Source of the DNA: Candidatus Sungiibacteriota bacterium
GTDB lineage: Bacteria; Patescibacteriota; Minisyncoccia; Sungbacterales; HO2-52-23
NCBI GenBank assembly: GCA_016432465.1
Contig: CP066690.1
Span: 122,702 to 186,701, forward strand
Direction of reading: 5' to 3'
Length of the DNA: 64,000 bases
Below the pieces are notes generated by a model, which saw only the letters and a program-made list of their open reading frames with translations, made no database searches and was not told the origin of the DNA. Both the position numbers and the translations under genes were made by a program. Position 1 is the first letter of the stretch, and every line of letters begins with the position of its first letter. Shown piece by piece: positions 8,523 through 17,921 of the stretch.

Positions 8523-10379
8523 TTAATTAGCTGGCTGACGGAGTCGTATATCTTCTTCCACGCGGCGCATAATCTCGTTTAGTCCGAGGACGGCAAAACG
8601 CAAACGCCAGTAGGCTACGCTTTCGGAGAATGTCTTGGCCAGCGCAAGTCGTCTTTGGGCCTCTTCCGGTCTTCCCAACTTAAATTCCAAAACTGCAAAA
8701 TAAAGATTGACTAGAGCGTTATTGGCGTGGGTTTTGTCGCAAATGTTCACAAAGAGCTTTCTTAACATTTCAAGTTTTATAGGATTTTCCTCCCGCCAGA
8801 TTTTTCCTTCATAATTTATTTTCCAGTCCATCACCATCCAAATATCCGCGATCTCGTCTCTCTGGGGAACATAAACAGGATCTCCATCCAGTAAATTTAC
8901 AAATTCCTTGGCCCGCTCCTTTTGTCCGGCGACATTACGGATATGCTGTCCGGTGGATCCTGTAAACGGCCGCTCTGTTCCGTCAATCAGCTGCTGTTGG
9001 GTAAGAAGACCGGTATTGAGCGCGTGGTTGGTAATTTCTACGCCGGGAATGTAGTTCAAAACCTGAATAGTGGACCAATCGGGCTGCGTTTCAACGCAAA
9101 GCTTAATGGTCTGCCAAACCTCACCAATAGTTTCATCAGGAAACCCAACGATTAAAAGAAACTTGGTAAAAATCTGGGGATATTTTCGCAGTATCTCCAT
9201 GCAACGGTGGAAGTGGCGCACACCGCTAGGTTTCTTAACGGATCGCAAAATCCTCTCACTGCCTGACTCTACGCCAAAACTCAAGCCAATGCATCCTGAT
9301 TCGTACGCGGCCTGTGCAATTTCCTCGGTCATGGCAGAAGCAATGATGCCATTGGACGCATCCCACGTGATTCCAAGGTTCCTCCTGACCATTTCGTTAA
9401 ATAAAGCCACCGGGCCTCCATAAAGAAGATCATCGTCCAGCCACATAATATGCCGGACTCCATAGGTATCACGGATGTACTCAATTTCATCCACCACGTC
9501 GCTAGCCGGCCGGTCAAAGACTCCCCGACCGTTAAAATTACGTACCGAACAGAAAGTGCATTGAGCCCGACACCCGACGTTAGCCAGAACCGTAGAAGCG
9601 CGGGTGCCTTCCGGCCATAACCAATAGTAAACCCCTATTCGTCCGTTTTTGGGACTGTAATCGCCAATCCTTAAATCATGGTAGTAGGGCCGGACACTTA
9701 CCGAGGTTCTGTTTTTAGCGGCCCTGTTTTTTAAAACGGTATATTCGCCATCAATTAGCGCGGCTATCTGTGATAGCGCCTCTTCTCCGGCTCTGCCGTT
9801 TACAAAATCCAGCAAGTCACCAAAAGCCGTATTGCCTTCGTAAAGACCAATAAAATCAATCTCCGGACAATCTTTCAAAACCATTTCTCCTGCCTGCGTA
9901 GTATGTACTCCTCCGGCAATAATGGAGACGTAGGGATAATTTTCACGGATAAACTCCGCAGTTCTTTTCATGGCGCGGTGTGTAACTGTAAACATGCAGG
10001 TCAGAGCAACAAGGTCGGGTTGAAAATTTTCTATCCTTTCCCGAAGCCATTCTTCCCACACATCGTAGTTAAACCCCTGACGCCCTGATTGTAATTCTTC
10101 CTGAAGATCAAAGTTGAGATCAATAAGGTCTGTCTCGTATCCGCGCTCTCTTAGGTTTCGGGAAAGAACGCCAAGCCCGTATGGAGGATAAACCGGATAG
10201 CGATTACCGACTGCAACTTCCACAGAGTAATCTTCTTTGGGAACATGGACCGGATTAACCAGTAGAACACGACGGCAACCTTGAGGCAATTTAAATCGTA
10301 GCTTCTCGGCTATTAGGCGCCGAAGCAGGTTATCTGCCTTTGACGTAACTGTTTTTAGCTCCACCACCAGCTGCCCCAA
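8523..10379 (-). CDS. B12-binding radical SAM enzyme with C-terminal helical/TPR-like extension
   Basis: rSAM cluster NVGCRAQCTFCSV preceded by a B12-binding-type Rossmann region; 618 aa. Confidence 0.7.
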   Translation of the reverse strand: MGQLVVELKTVTSKADNLLRRLIAEKLRFKLPQGCRRVLLVNPVHVPKEDYSVEVAVGNRYPVYPPYGLGVLSRNLRERGYETDLIDLNFDLQEELQSGRQGFNYDVWEEWLRERIENFQPDLVALTCMFTVTHRAMKRTAEFIRENYPYVSIIAGGVHTTQAGEMVLKDCPEIDFIGLYEGNTAFGDLLDFVNGRAGEEALSQIAALIDGEYTVLKNRAAKNRTSVSVRPYYHDLRIGDYSPKNGRIGVYYWLWPEGTRASTVLANVGCRAQCTFCSVRNFNGRGVFDRPASDVVDEIEYIRDTYGVRHIMWLDDDLLYGGPVALFNEMVRRNLGITWDASNGIIASAMTEEIAQAAYESGCIGLSFGVESGSERILRSVKKPSGVRHFHRCMEILRKYPQIFTKFLLIVGFPDETIGEVWQTIKLCVETQPDWSTIQVLNYIPGVEITNHALNTGLLTQQQLIDGTERPFTGSTGQHIRNVAGQKERAKEFVNLLDGDPVYVPQRDEIADIWMVMDWKINYEGKIWREENPIKLEMLRKLFVNICDKTHANNALVNLYFAVLEFKLGRPEEAQRRLALAKTFSESVAYWRLRFAVLGLNEIMRRVEEDIRLRQPAN

Positions 10380-10435
10380 TATCGTCTTAAGTGCTGGTCA
10401 TTATTATACTACAAAACCAGTTTCAAACAAGACCG

Positions 10436-10470
10436 GAATCAAAAACTAAATCTCCACCCAAGGGTGGAGA
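10436..10470 (-). terminator. Rho-independent terminator candidate
   Basis: Hairpin TCTCCACCCaaGGGTGGAGA (10451-10470) with T-rich tail on the minus strand, just downstream of the stop at 10476. Confidence 0.5.
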
Positions 10471-10475
10471 GACAA

Positions 10476-11456
10476 TTAACTAGAGAAGAGATTAAATCGT
10501 GTCTGCCGGGCGAAATCTTTGTGGGTACGGTACCACTCCACAGTTTCGCGAATTCCTTCCTCCAACGAAATCTGCGGCTCAAAACCAAGAGACCGCGCTC
10601 TTTGAACGTCCAGGACTCTTCGGCGGTCGCCGCTGGGCCCGGAATCCTTCCAAATTGTTTTCGGCGTACACTCTGAATGCCGTAAAACTATCTCTAACAC
10701 CTGCCGTATGGTGTATCCTATGCCACTTCCCAGATTTACCGGCTCGGAGACTCCTTTCTTGGCAACCAGCATCATTCCTCGCGCCACGTCCCGCGCATGA
10801 ATGAAGTCCCTCACCTGCAGTCCGTCACTTTCCATCCTCAAAGGATTCCTGCCGCCTACTGCCTCCCGAATCAAATAAGGAATCACCATGGCCGCATCCG
10901 ACTCAAAATCATCATACGGTCCATAGGTATTGGCCGGACGCACAATGGAAATTTTTTCCCAACCATACTGGAGCCTATAGGCTTCGGCCTGAATCTCCCC
11001 CATGCGTTTAGCCAGCCCCGCAAACCAATCATTCTTAGAAGGAAAACCTTTCCAGACGTCATCTTCGTGGAATACTTCAGCCGGAGGATAAACGGCAAGA
11101 GAGCTTGCCAGTAAATAACCGTCAGCCCCCTTCTCCCGAGCGGCGCTAAGCATGTTTACGTCAAGCATCAAATTCATTTCAAAAAGCGTAGCGGGTTTTT
11201 CTTTGTTAAACCGCGGGGGGCCCTTGGCACATAATAAATTAAACACATAGTCCATCCCCTCGCAGACATGCAAACAATTATCCATTTTTAGCAAATCAAT
11301 CTTGCGAAACTCTGCTTGCTTGTGCGCACGCGATTCATGATCCAGAGATGCGATCCGGACTTGAGCTCCTTCCTGAATTAAAATCTCCACCAAGGGTATT
11401 CCAATAAGCCCAGTGCCTCCGGCAACCAACACTTTTTTATTGGCGAAGTCAAACAT
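10476..11456 (-). CDS. NAD-dependent epimerase/dehydratase (extended SDR; GDP-sugar 4-epimerase/reductase-like)
   Basis: N-terminal KVLVAGGTGLIGIPLVE Rossmann motif; extended-SDR length of 326 aa. Confidence 0.7.
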   Translation of the reverse strand: MFDFANKKVLVAGGTGLIGIPLVEILIQEGAQVRIASLDHESRAHKQAEFRKIDLLKMDNCLHVCEGMDYVFNLLCAKGPPRFNKEKPATLFEMNLMLDVNMLSAAREKGADGYLLASSLAVYPPAEVFHEDDVWKGFPSKNDWFAGLAKRMGEIQAEAYRLQYGWEKISIVRPANTYGPYDDFESDAAMVIPYLIREAVGGRNPLRMESDGLQVRDFIHARDVARGMMLVAKKGVSEPVNLGSGIGYTIRQVLEIVLRHSECTPKTIWKDSGPSGDRRRVLDVQRARSLGFEPQISLEEGIRETVEWYRTHKDFARQTRFNLFSS

Positions 11457-13426
11457 TAGAAGTGCCCTGCTTTTTCGGGTTCACATTTGATATTGCCATA
11501 AAGATACGCGCCTCTTTTGTTGCCATACCAGACAACAAGTTTATACCAATCCTCCCAGCTCTGCCAATGCTCGCTGTTGCGATCAACCCTGTAAATAAAA
11601 CTTCCCCGGACAAGCGCTACGTCACACATTGCGCGTACGCCCCGATAAAATTCCCAGATATTGTAGGAGAGCGTAAGAACGGTGTCTTCTTCAACAAAGG
11701 GAAGTTTTATAAGACCCTGATTAAGCTCTATGGCTTGACGGAGTAACTCTTCGTCAACAACGATATTATTTGTTCTGAAGAACTGCGTAAGGACCCGCCG
11801 GGCCTCGTCATAAAATTGATCCAGTTTTCCTTCTCTGCAAAGCTTAATAAAGATAAATTCGTCCACCGGCCAATAGATATTCAACCACTCCGGCGCCGGA
11901 CAATACTCTATGCCCCCGGCCATAATGCTTTTTGCCTTTGCGCGGAAAAAAGATTGTATTTCCTTAAGCACCGGGAATTCTTCCAGTTCCCCTTCGGTAA
12001 ATACCTCAATCAGACGACGATAAGACACGCCCGTGGTTTGACGCAAAACTATCAACGGTATCTGAAAAACTTTGTCAAAGTGCAGAAGCGAGGTCGTCCA
12101 GCAAAACACTCTGGTGCGCGCCCAGTCTTCCCGCGTCAGGGTGCTGGTTTCTACCACAATATCTTCGCTTTCTGCTACCTGATCTGGTGTTTCATCAATA
12201 ACACCGTGAAAGATAACTGCTTTAACCTCAACGGTTTTAAGTCCATACCTCGCTACATACTGCGGATCGGACATGGGAGCATTGGGCATCATAGAAAGAT
12301 TGCCAAACTGAATCCGGTTGTGCTGTCCCTGCTCAATGGTAAGCGCAACTCCATCGGCAAAAGAATTATAGGTTTCTTGGGGTAAAGCAATAAGCATATC
12401 GCTGTAAGTATCAATGCCGGCCTCGGTAAACCTTCTCTGAAGATTACGGAAGGCATCCATAGAAATATTTGTTCTCTCCACTGCCCGCAAAACTTCCGGA
12501 TCCTGCGACTGAAAAGCAATGGTTACACCGGTACTTAAACCGGCATCGGCAAGAATTTTTTGCGTCTGAAAAATACGTTCCTCTGCGTTTTTGGCATTCT
12601 GCGTAGAAAGGGCTCTGGGCAGACCGTAGTGCGCTTTGATCTCCGCGGCTTTTCGTGCAATATCAACGTCTCTCGGCAGCAGTCCGAAGTTGGCGTCACA
12701 ACAAAATATAAACTGTATCTTATGCTGCGCAAACCACTCCAGCTCTTTAAACAAAATCTCCAGATCAAATCTAATTACTTTATTTTTAGTGTTGGAGCCC
12801 CAGTCGCAGAAAGAACAAAAAAAAGGACAGCCGCGATTAGTTTCCCACAACGCATCCCATCTTTGATTAGGGTATGCTTCCATCAAAGGAGTAAAGGTTC
12901 CGTTAAGGTAGGGTGAGGGCATGACAGCGAGACTTCGCATCCTCGGAAGCCATTGCGTCTGAACACAGTTGCCCGAAGGGTCCAGAAAACTTACCGAAGG
13001 TACTTCCCCCCATTCTCCGGAAAAACTTTTTTCCAAAATATGGACAAAGGCTTGTTCTCCCTCGTTATGGCAGGCAAGATCTACAAAACGGTTTTTTCTC
13101 AAAAATTCTTCCGAACGATCCGGTACTTCGGGCCCGCCAAAAACAGTAATAACACTTGGTCTTTTTTGTTTTAGGCGCCGGGCAATTTCCAAAGAAATAT
13201 TGCGGTTCCAAACATAAAGACTGAATCCAACAAGATCAGCCTCCAGCAGATGCTCCACGGCGATGTCGACCGGAATACGTTTGTAAACCGGCAGAAGAAA
13301 TTGGTAGTTTCCGGGGTCAGCAACATTCTTTTGAGCATAAACCTGAAGGTCGGCGACCGAAAGCGGAAGATACGTTACTCCGGAGAATTCATTATTGATC
13401 TGCACCAAACCTATTTTCAGCGCCAT
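11456..13426 (-). CDS. B12-binding radical SAM enzyme (third paralog)
   Basis: rSAM cluster NRGCPFFCSFCDWG; N-terminal B12-binding-like region; 656 aa. Confidence 0.7.
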   Translation of the reverse strand: MALKIGLVQINNEFSGVTYLPLSVADLQVYAQKNVADPGNYQFLLPVYKRIPVDIAVEHLLEADLVGFSLYVWNRNISLEIARRLKQKRPSVITVFGGPEVPDRSEEFLRKNRFVDLACHNEGEQAFVHILEKSFSGEWGEVPSVSFLDPSGNCVQTQWLPRMRSLAVMPSPYLNGTFTPLMEAYPNQRWDALWETNRGCPFFCSFCDWGSNTKNKVIRFDLEILFKELEWFAQHKIQFIFCCDANFGLLPRDVDIARKAAEIKAHYGLPRALSTQNAKNAEERIFQTQKILADAGLSTGVTIAFQSQDPEVLRAVERTNISMDAFRNLQRRFTEAGIDTYSDMLIALPQETYNSFADGVALTIEQGQHNRIQFGNLSMMPNAPMSDPQYVARYGLKTVEVKAVIFHGVIDETPDQVAESEDIVVETSTLTREDWARTRVFCWTTSLLHFDKVFQIPLIVLRQTTGVSYRRLIEVFTEGELEEFPVLKEIQSFFRAKAKSIMAGGIEYCPAPEWLNIYWPVDEFIFIKLCREGKLDQFYDEARRVLTQFFRTNNIVVDEELLRQAIELNQGLIKLPFVEEDTVLTLSYNIWEFYRGVRAMCDVALVRGSFIYRVDRNSEHWQSWEDWYKLVVWYGNKRGAYLYGNIKCEPEKAGHF

Positions 13427-13524
13427 CTGGTCTCACCTCTTTTCAAAGATCATTCCCACTTTGGATTATAACGATATTACAATAAATGAAGTCATATGGC
13501 AAGAAAAAATATAGGGGGAATCCA

Positions 13525-14007
13525 CGCATTGTTAACACTTTCCTCCGTCCCGCTTTTGATAAAAAGGTATTGGGGGTAAAGATGCTCGGCGAAGTAAAGA
13601 CGCCCCTCTTTTATTCTCCCCGCCTCGCTAAGCGTCCGTGCCGCCCCGTAGGTTATGTCCTTGATACTTATTCCTCGCTGACAGCGGCACTTCCGATTCT
13701 TTCCCCCAGTGAGGGGCTCGACCCCGCGTACTTATAACCGAAAGCGGGGCGGAGGTACGAAAGCGTGGTTGAGCGGATGGGAGTGAACGAGGAAGTTTGG
13801 TCGAGGCTATGTTCGCCTGAAGACAATGGGAGGAGCGATTTGCTTAGTTCCGAGCCGTAAGGCTAGGAAAATCGCGACGACCCTTAGCGAGCTTGCCGCT
13901 GGAGCAAGCGAGTCGTGTCTGAAGGCGAATATGGCGGAGGGCACCGAATTCCTAGTATATCCTGATCATCAGAACACTCAACCGCGCTTTCAGTATTAAC
14001 AACGCGA
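13525..14007 (+). mobile_element. GC-rich non-coding MITE-like structured element, copy B, with terminal inverted repeats
   Basis: Termini CGCATTGTTAAC (13525-13536) and GTTAACAACGCG (13996-14007). Interior GC-rich, hairpin-rich, with no credible ORF. Blocks of strong similarity to the reverse complement of 45201-45838, e.g. CAGCGGCACTTCCGATTCTTTCC..CAGTGAGGGGCTCGA.CCC, AAGCGGGGCGGA and AACCGCGCTTTC. Confidence 0.5.
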
Positions 14008-14089
14008 CTAAATTTTATAGAAAAAAACGGCCTGATCTGTCGATAGGCCGTTAAAGCTGTGGTTGCACCAAATTCGCTGGTGCGATAAA

Positions 14090-14812
14090 TTAAATAATTG
14101 ATTGATGCAGAGTAATCTCGTACGCCACTTCACGACGTCGGGATCCCAAGGTGTAATTTTCGCCGCGCAAAATATACATAATACCAAAGTGGGGCCTGGA
14201 ACGTACAACAGAAGTATTGGGATAAGAGCCGTGAATCAGGTTACCGTGCTGAACGTATAAAGATCCTTTCGGTAAATAAAGATCACTTTTGTCATAATGA
14301 GCAGGGACCCCTACTTCATTGCCGGGATTGTCCTGCGGATCAAAACTTGGGTGCGGTACAAACGGCAGAAGCGGCTCGTGATGTGATTGCGGATAAAGAT
14401 ACATGCCACCGTTTTCCGGATCACTATCTGCCAGAGAAAAAATGGCCGAGAGCGATACACCACGGCGCGCCCGAAGATAAGCATTGTCCTGATGCGGACG
14501 CCAAGCGTGTCTGGCAAAAGGCGTACCGGGCTTTTTAAATAAAACTTGCGACCCGATGCATAATGCCTCTCCACCCAGCACCTCTTCAACTATCGCCACA
14601 AGTAACGGCTGTTTTATTAAATGCAGAATTTCTGGTGCCTTCAACTCAATGTTTAAAATCCCCGGGAAGTCCGACTCCGCGTGCGCTTCAAAAATTGCAA
14701 GTAACCAAGCGCAGTAGTCAGATGAAAGAAGGTTGTTAACGACCAAATAGCCCTTTTCTGCATAAAAAATTCTCTCGGCTTCAGTCAGTACTGACGGCAT
14801 GATCTCTACCAC
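14090..14812 (-). CDS. Phytanoyl-CoA dioxygenase (PhyH) family Fe(II)/2-oxoglutarate-dependent oxygenase
   Basis: WRPHQDNAY motif and a downstream H; about 240 aa. Confidence 0.65.
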   Translation of the reverse strand: MVEIMPSVLTEAERIFYAEKGYLVVNNLLSSDYCAWLLAIFEAHAESDFPGILNIELKAPEILHLIKQPLLVAIVEEVLGGEALCIGSQVLFKKPGTPFARHAWRPHQDNAYLRARRGVSLSAIFSLADSDPENGGMYLYPQSHHEPLLPFVPHPSFDPQDNPGNEVGVPAHYDKSDLYLPKGSLYVQHGNLIHGSYPNTSVVRSRPHFGIMYILRGENYTLGSRRREVAYEITLHQSII

Positions 14813-14875
14813 CTCGATGTCCTTTAAATTATGGTACTTGAGGGCCGTTTAGGAGTCAAGATGAAAAATTTATCG

Positions 14876-14906
14876 GTACAAAAAAGGGGTTCTAGACCCC
14901 TTTTGG
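14876..14906 (-). terminator. Rho-independent terminator candidate (symmetric, could act bidirectionally)
   Basis: AAAAAGGGGTTCTAGACCCCTTTT palindrome with flanking A/T runs, immediately downstream of the stop at 14919. Confidence 0.55.
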
Positions 14907-14918
14907 TTATTATAGAGG

Positions 14919-15755
14919 TTATGTAAACCGCCTGCATCTAACAGCTTTTTTCCAGGATTCGTGGCCGCAAGCTAAACACGCTTCTTTTCTCTGCGCTATT
15001 CTGCCCGGCACAAAGTTCTTGCCCTTGCTGATTCCTAAAGTGCCGTAAGGCACAAGCAACATGGCCCGCGACCTTTCAGACTCATTGGAACGCGATCCAT
15101 GAATAACGTTGCCATGCAGAAAAAGAACACTACCTTTCTTAAATTCAAGATCAACGGCTTGGTACCTGGATGGAACTTCTACGCAATGTCCCGGACTTTT
15201 TCCTGATTTCTCATGGAAACTTTTTACTTTAACGCTCGGCAGTATAGGCTCTTTATGTGAGCCGGGATAAATATACATTCCGCCATTCTCAACAGTGTGA
15301 TCTTCAAGAGCAATGTTGCCGGTAATGTACATACCGTAATCTGCCTGCGGGTAGGCATTGTCTTGATGCGGATTCCATGCCTGCAAGGCATAGGAAGTTC
15401 CAGCCCGTTTGAAAAGAACCATGGACTGCAAATGAACAACCTCCGCGAGCTGCAGTATACCTAAAATCTTAACCAGGCGGTGGTCGCTAATCATGGACCA
15501 GACAGCCAGACTGTCATCTGCCAAAACCTCCCTGCGCTCAACTTTTTCATTACCGTCTGCATCCTGTTCCTGATACTCAACAAAGCCGCGTTCCAAATTC
15601 ATGATGCCGCGAAAATCAGGCTTGGCATAGCGCTCATAAACCCGCAGTACGGCTCCGCACTCTGCCGGAACAAAAACATCAGGCACAACTAAATAACCGT
15701 TTTCTTTATAAAGTTGTACTTGTACTGAAGTCAGGCCGCACCCGCAAATATCCAC
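14919..15755 (-). CDS. PhyH-family Fe(II)/2OG dioxygenase (paralog)
   Basis: WNPHQDNAY motif. Paralogous to 14090..14812. Confidence 0.65.
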   Translation of the reverse strand: MDICGCGLTSVQVQLYKENGYLVVPDVFVPAECGAVLRVYERYAKPDFRGIMNLERGFVEYQEQDADGNEKVERREVLADDSLAVWSMISDHRLVKILGILQLAEVVHLQSMVLFKRAGTSYALQAWNPHQDNAYPQADYGMYITGNIALEDHTVENGGMYIYPGSHKEPILPSVKVKSFHEKSGKSPGHCVEVPSRYQAVDLEFKKGSVLFLHGNVIHGSRSNESERSRAMLLVPYGTLGISKGKNFVPGRIAQRKEACLACGHESWKKAVRCRRFT

Positions 15756-15839
15756 GGTCTCTTTCTCCTTTTACAGATGCTTTTTGGAGTATAAAGACTC
15801 GGCGTGGCCGTGTCAAATAGCATGAATGGTGATCTCCGC

Positions 15840-16529
15840 CTATATCATACTCTGTATAAGCGGATGGTCTTTGAGTTCTGTAAACTCCTCTAGTACTTCG
15901 TCCGCCTCCGCGAGCTGCTCGCGACCCAAGGTGGAAGCTATAGCAATGCAGTAAGCCCCGGCGGCTTTAGCGGCCCTTATTCCCAAGGGCGCATTTTCTA
16001 CCACTACACATTTTTCAGGATCAACACCCAGCATCCTTGCGCCTTTCAGATACGGATCTGGAAAGGGCTTACCGCGCTCTGTCATCTCGCCTGTTATAAT
16101 AGCCTTAAATTTTTCCAAAAAAGATGACGGTACAGTTACGGAAATTCTTTTAAACTGTCCGCCGCTTACGATAGCAAGGGGCACCCCTCGCTGATGCAAA
16201 GATTCCACGAGCTCCTCCACACCCGAATAAAACTTAAGCTGTTTACGGTGTCCGACGTAATGGCGATCTTTTTGCGCAACAATCTGATCGGCTAAAGTCA
16301 GGGCGTCAGGCCTGTCACCAAGTCCGCAAAAAATCTTAGCCATCTCACGGGTAGGCATACCCTCATGCGGCAAAAATTCTTCCCGCGTGAGGGCAATACC
16401 AAAATCTGCCAAGACCGAATGCCACGCCCTAAAATGATCTTCCATGGTGTCGGCCAAAACCCCGTCAAAATCAAATAATATTCCTCTAAAATTTCTCATG
16501 TAAGCAGTTGAAGCGTTTCTCTCATCCAC
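15840..16529 (-). CDS. HAD-superfamily hydrolase (HAD-IA, phosphatase/beta-phosphoglucomutase-like)
   Basis: LFDFDGVLADT motif I and a later GD motif. Confidence 0.65.
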   Translation of the reverse strand: MDERNASTAYMRNFRGILFDFDGVLADTMEDHFRAWHSVLADFGIALTREEFLPHEGMPTREMAKIFCGLGDRPDALTLADQIVAQKDRHYVGHRKQLKFYSGVEELVESLHQRGVPLAIVSGGQFKRISVTVPSSFLEKFKAIITGEMTERGKPFPDPYLKGARMLGVDPEKCVVVENAPLGIRAAKAAGAYCIAIASTLGREQLAEADEVLEEFTELKDHPLIQSMI

Positions 16530-17002
16530 TCACCCATGTATTTATAATGAGGACTTGTAACTAAGTTACCGTCTACCACCACCGACGCATCCTCGTAAGT
16601 AGCCCCCGCATTTTCAATGTCGTCCTTAATGCTGTAGTAACCGGAGATTTTTCTGCCCTTGATAATTTTGGCGGAAATCAAAAGCTGAGAGCCGTGGCAT
16701 ATCGCAGCAATAACCTTACCTTTTTCGTGAAATTCCCTGATAATGCGCAAAATGTCCTGATCCTGTCTTAAATACTCCAAAGACCGTGCGCCTCCGGGAA
16801 GAATAAGTAAATCGTAATTATCAATTTTAATTTCAGGTATGTCTAGGGTTGGCACTACTTTTACGCCTATTACGCCGAAAACCGTTTCTTTGTCCCGTAC
16901 CGCAACATCAACACCCCAACCCGCCTCCTGAAGACGATAGTAAGGATAAACATATTCCACATCCTGCACAAATTTTCCGGTTATAATTAATGCTTTCCTC
17001 AT
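16496..17002 (-). CDS. DJ-1/PfpI family protein
   Basis: 168 aa; VIAAICHGSQLL nucleophile-elbow motif. Confidence 0.65.
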   Translation of the reverse strand: MRKALIITGKFVQDVEYVYPYYRLQEAGWGVDVAVRDKETVFGVIGVKVVPTLDIPEIKIDNYDLLILPGGARSLEYLRQDQDILRIIREFHEKGKVIAAICHGSQLLISAKIIKGRKISGYYSIKDDIENAGATYEDASVVVDGNLVTSPHYKYMGEWMRETLQLLT

Positions 17003-17763
17003 GCCACTGTTTTTTTAATGGCCATTAATTCCAGAGTTTCGTCATTGGCTAAACCATCCTCACGGGCTAAATGCTGCCACAGCATAGAGTCACCTGTGGC
17101 CATTATACCTGTTCTATCCTTGCCTAAAAGTCTTCCCTGAAGCAGCGCAATAACTGTGGGCTCAAAACTATTCAGTTGTTCTTTGAGCTCCGGCCAAGAA
17201 CCGGCAGTGACTACTACCACCTCGCACTCGCCTATCTTTTTTGTACACCGATACCGTTCCTTCTCATTATGAAAATGGCAGACGGAGTCATCCCGCACCG
17301 CATGAAATTCGTGTCCTTCGTAACGTTTTCCCTGCCTGCCGTACTCGTCATCAATTCTAAAAAGATCTGTCTTGCAGGTTGGTGTCTCAACCTCCATAAT
17401 GACGGCCCAGTCAGGATTTAAAGCCTCAGTCGTATGAAATACCCCCTTTCCAAATATAAGACCCTCGCCGGCTTTAAGTTGGTGTTTGGAACTATAGGTT
17501 TTACTGCTAACTTCTCCGGCCAAAACCGTGAGCGAGGTTTTTTTGTTGGGATGACAATGAAAAGATGTTTTTGCCCCTTTTTTCATGTGGAGCGCCCATA
17601 CAGCTGCGTCTTTATTCTGGAAAATTAAATACTCAAAGCCCCAAGGCTTTTTTATAAGTACGTTCCTGTAATCAAAAGTGTCGTCTAGTTGCTGCAGCTC
17701 GCCCGGTGAAAACAGGGTGAGAGCCTTTTTGTCTTTTTCTGACTGTTGAATCCAATGAATCAT
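16999..17763 (-). CDS. Cupin-domain protein related to mannose-6-phosphate isomerase type II / GDP-mannose pyrophosphorylase C-terminal cupin
   Basis: KKPWGFEYLIF...SFHCHPNKKTSLTVLAGEV...IMEVETPTCKTDLFRIDDEYGR matches the M6P-isomerase type II cupin pattern (PWG, two His, EVQ, DivR.dDvYgR). Confidence 0.5.
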   Translation of the reverse strand: MIHWIQQSEKDKKALTLFSPGELQQLDDTFDYRNVLIKKPWGFEYLIFQNKDAAVWALHMKKGAKTSFHCHPNKKTSLTVLAGEVSSKTYSSKHQLKAGEGLIFGKGVFHTTEALNPDWAVIMEVETPTCKTDLFRIDDEYGRQGKRYEGHEFHAVRDDSVCHFHNEKERYRCTKKIGECEVVVVTAGSWPELKEQLNSFEPTVIALLQGRLLGKDRTGIMATGDSMLWQHLAREDGLANDETLELMAIKKTVA

Positions 17764-17879
17764 GGCTGGGGGTCATCTCCAAAACCTTTTTCATAGCGAG
17801 GTTGCTCAATCTGCAGCAGAAAAGGGGGTTTAGAGATGGCCCTGTAATAATAAAACGCCGGGGTTTGCTCGCTGGTATC

Positions 17880-17912
17880 AAATTAAAAACCGTCCCGATT
17901 GGTCGGGATGGT
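17880..17912 (-). terminator. Rho-independent terminator candidate
   Basis: Hairpin ACCGTCCCGAttggTCGGGATGGT followed by a T-run on the minus strand, downstream of the stop at 17922. Confidence 0.5.
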
Positions 17913-17921
17913 CTTAAATGT

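Noticed and set aside
11816-12385. 189-aa plus-strand ORF
   Set aside because: Antisense within the B12-rSAM gene 11456..13426; the likely real gene is on the minus strand.
13486-13737. 83-aa plus-strand ORF (MKSYGKKKYRGNPR...)
   Set aside because: It lies inside the GC-rich TIR-bounded element B. Its composition is biased and frame conservation with copy A is absent, so it is judged non-coding.
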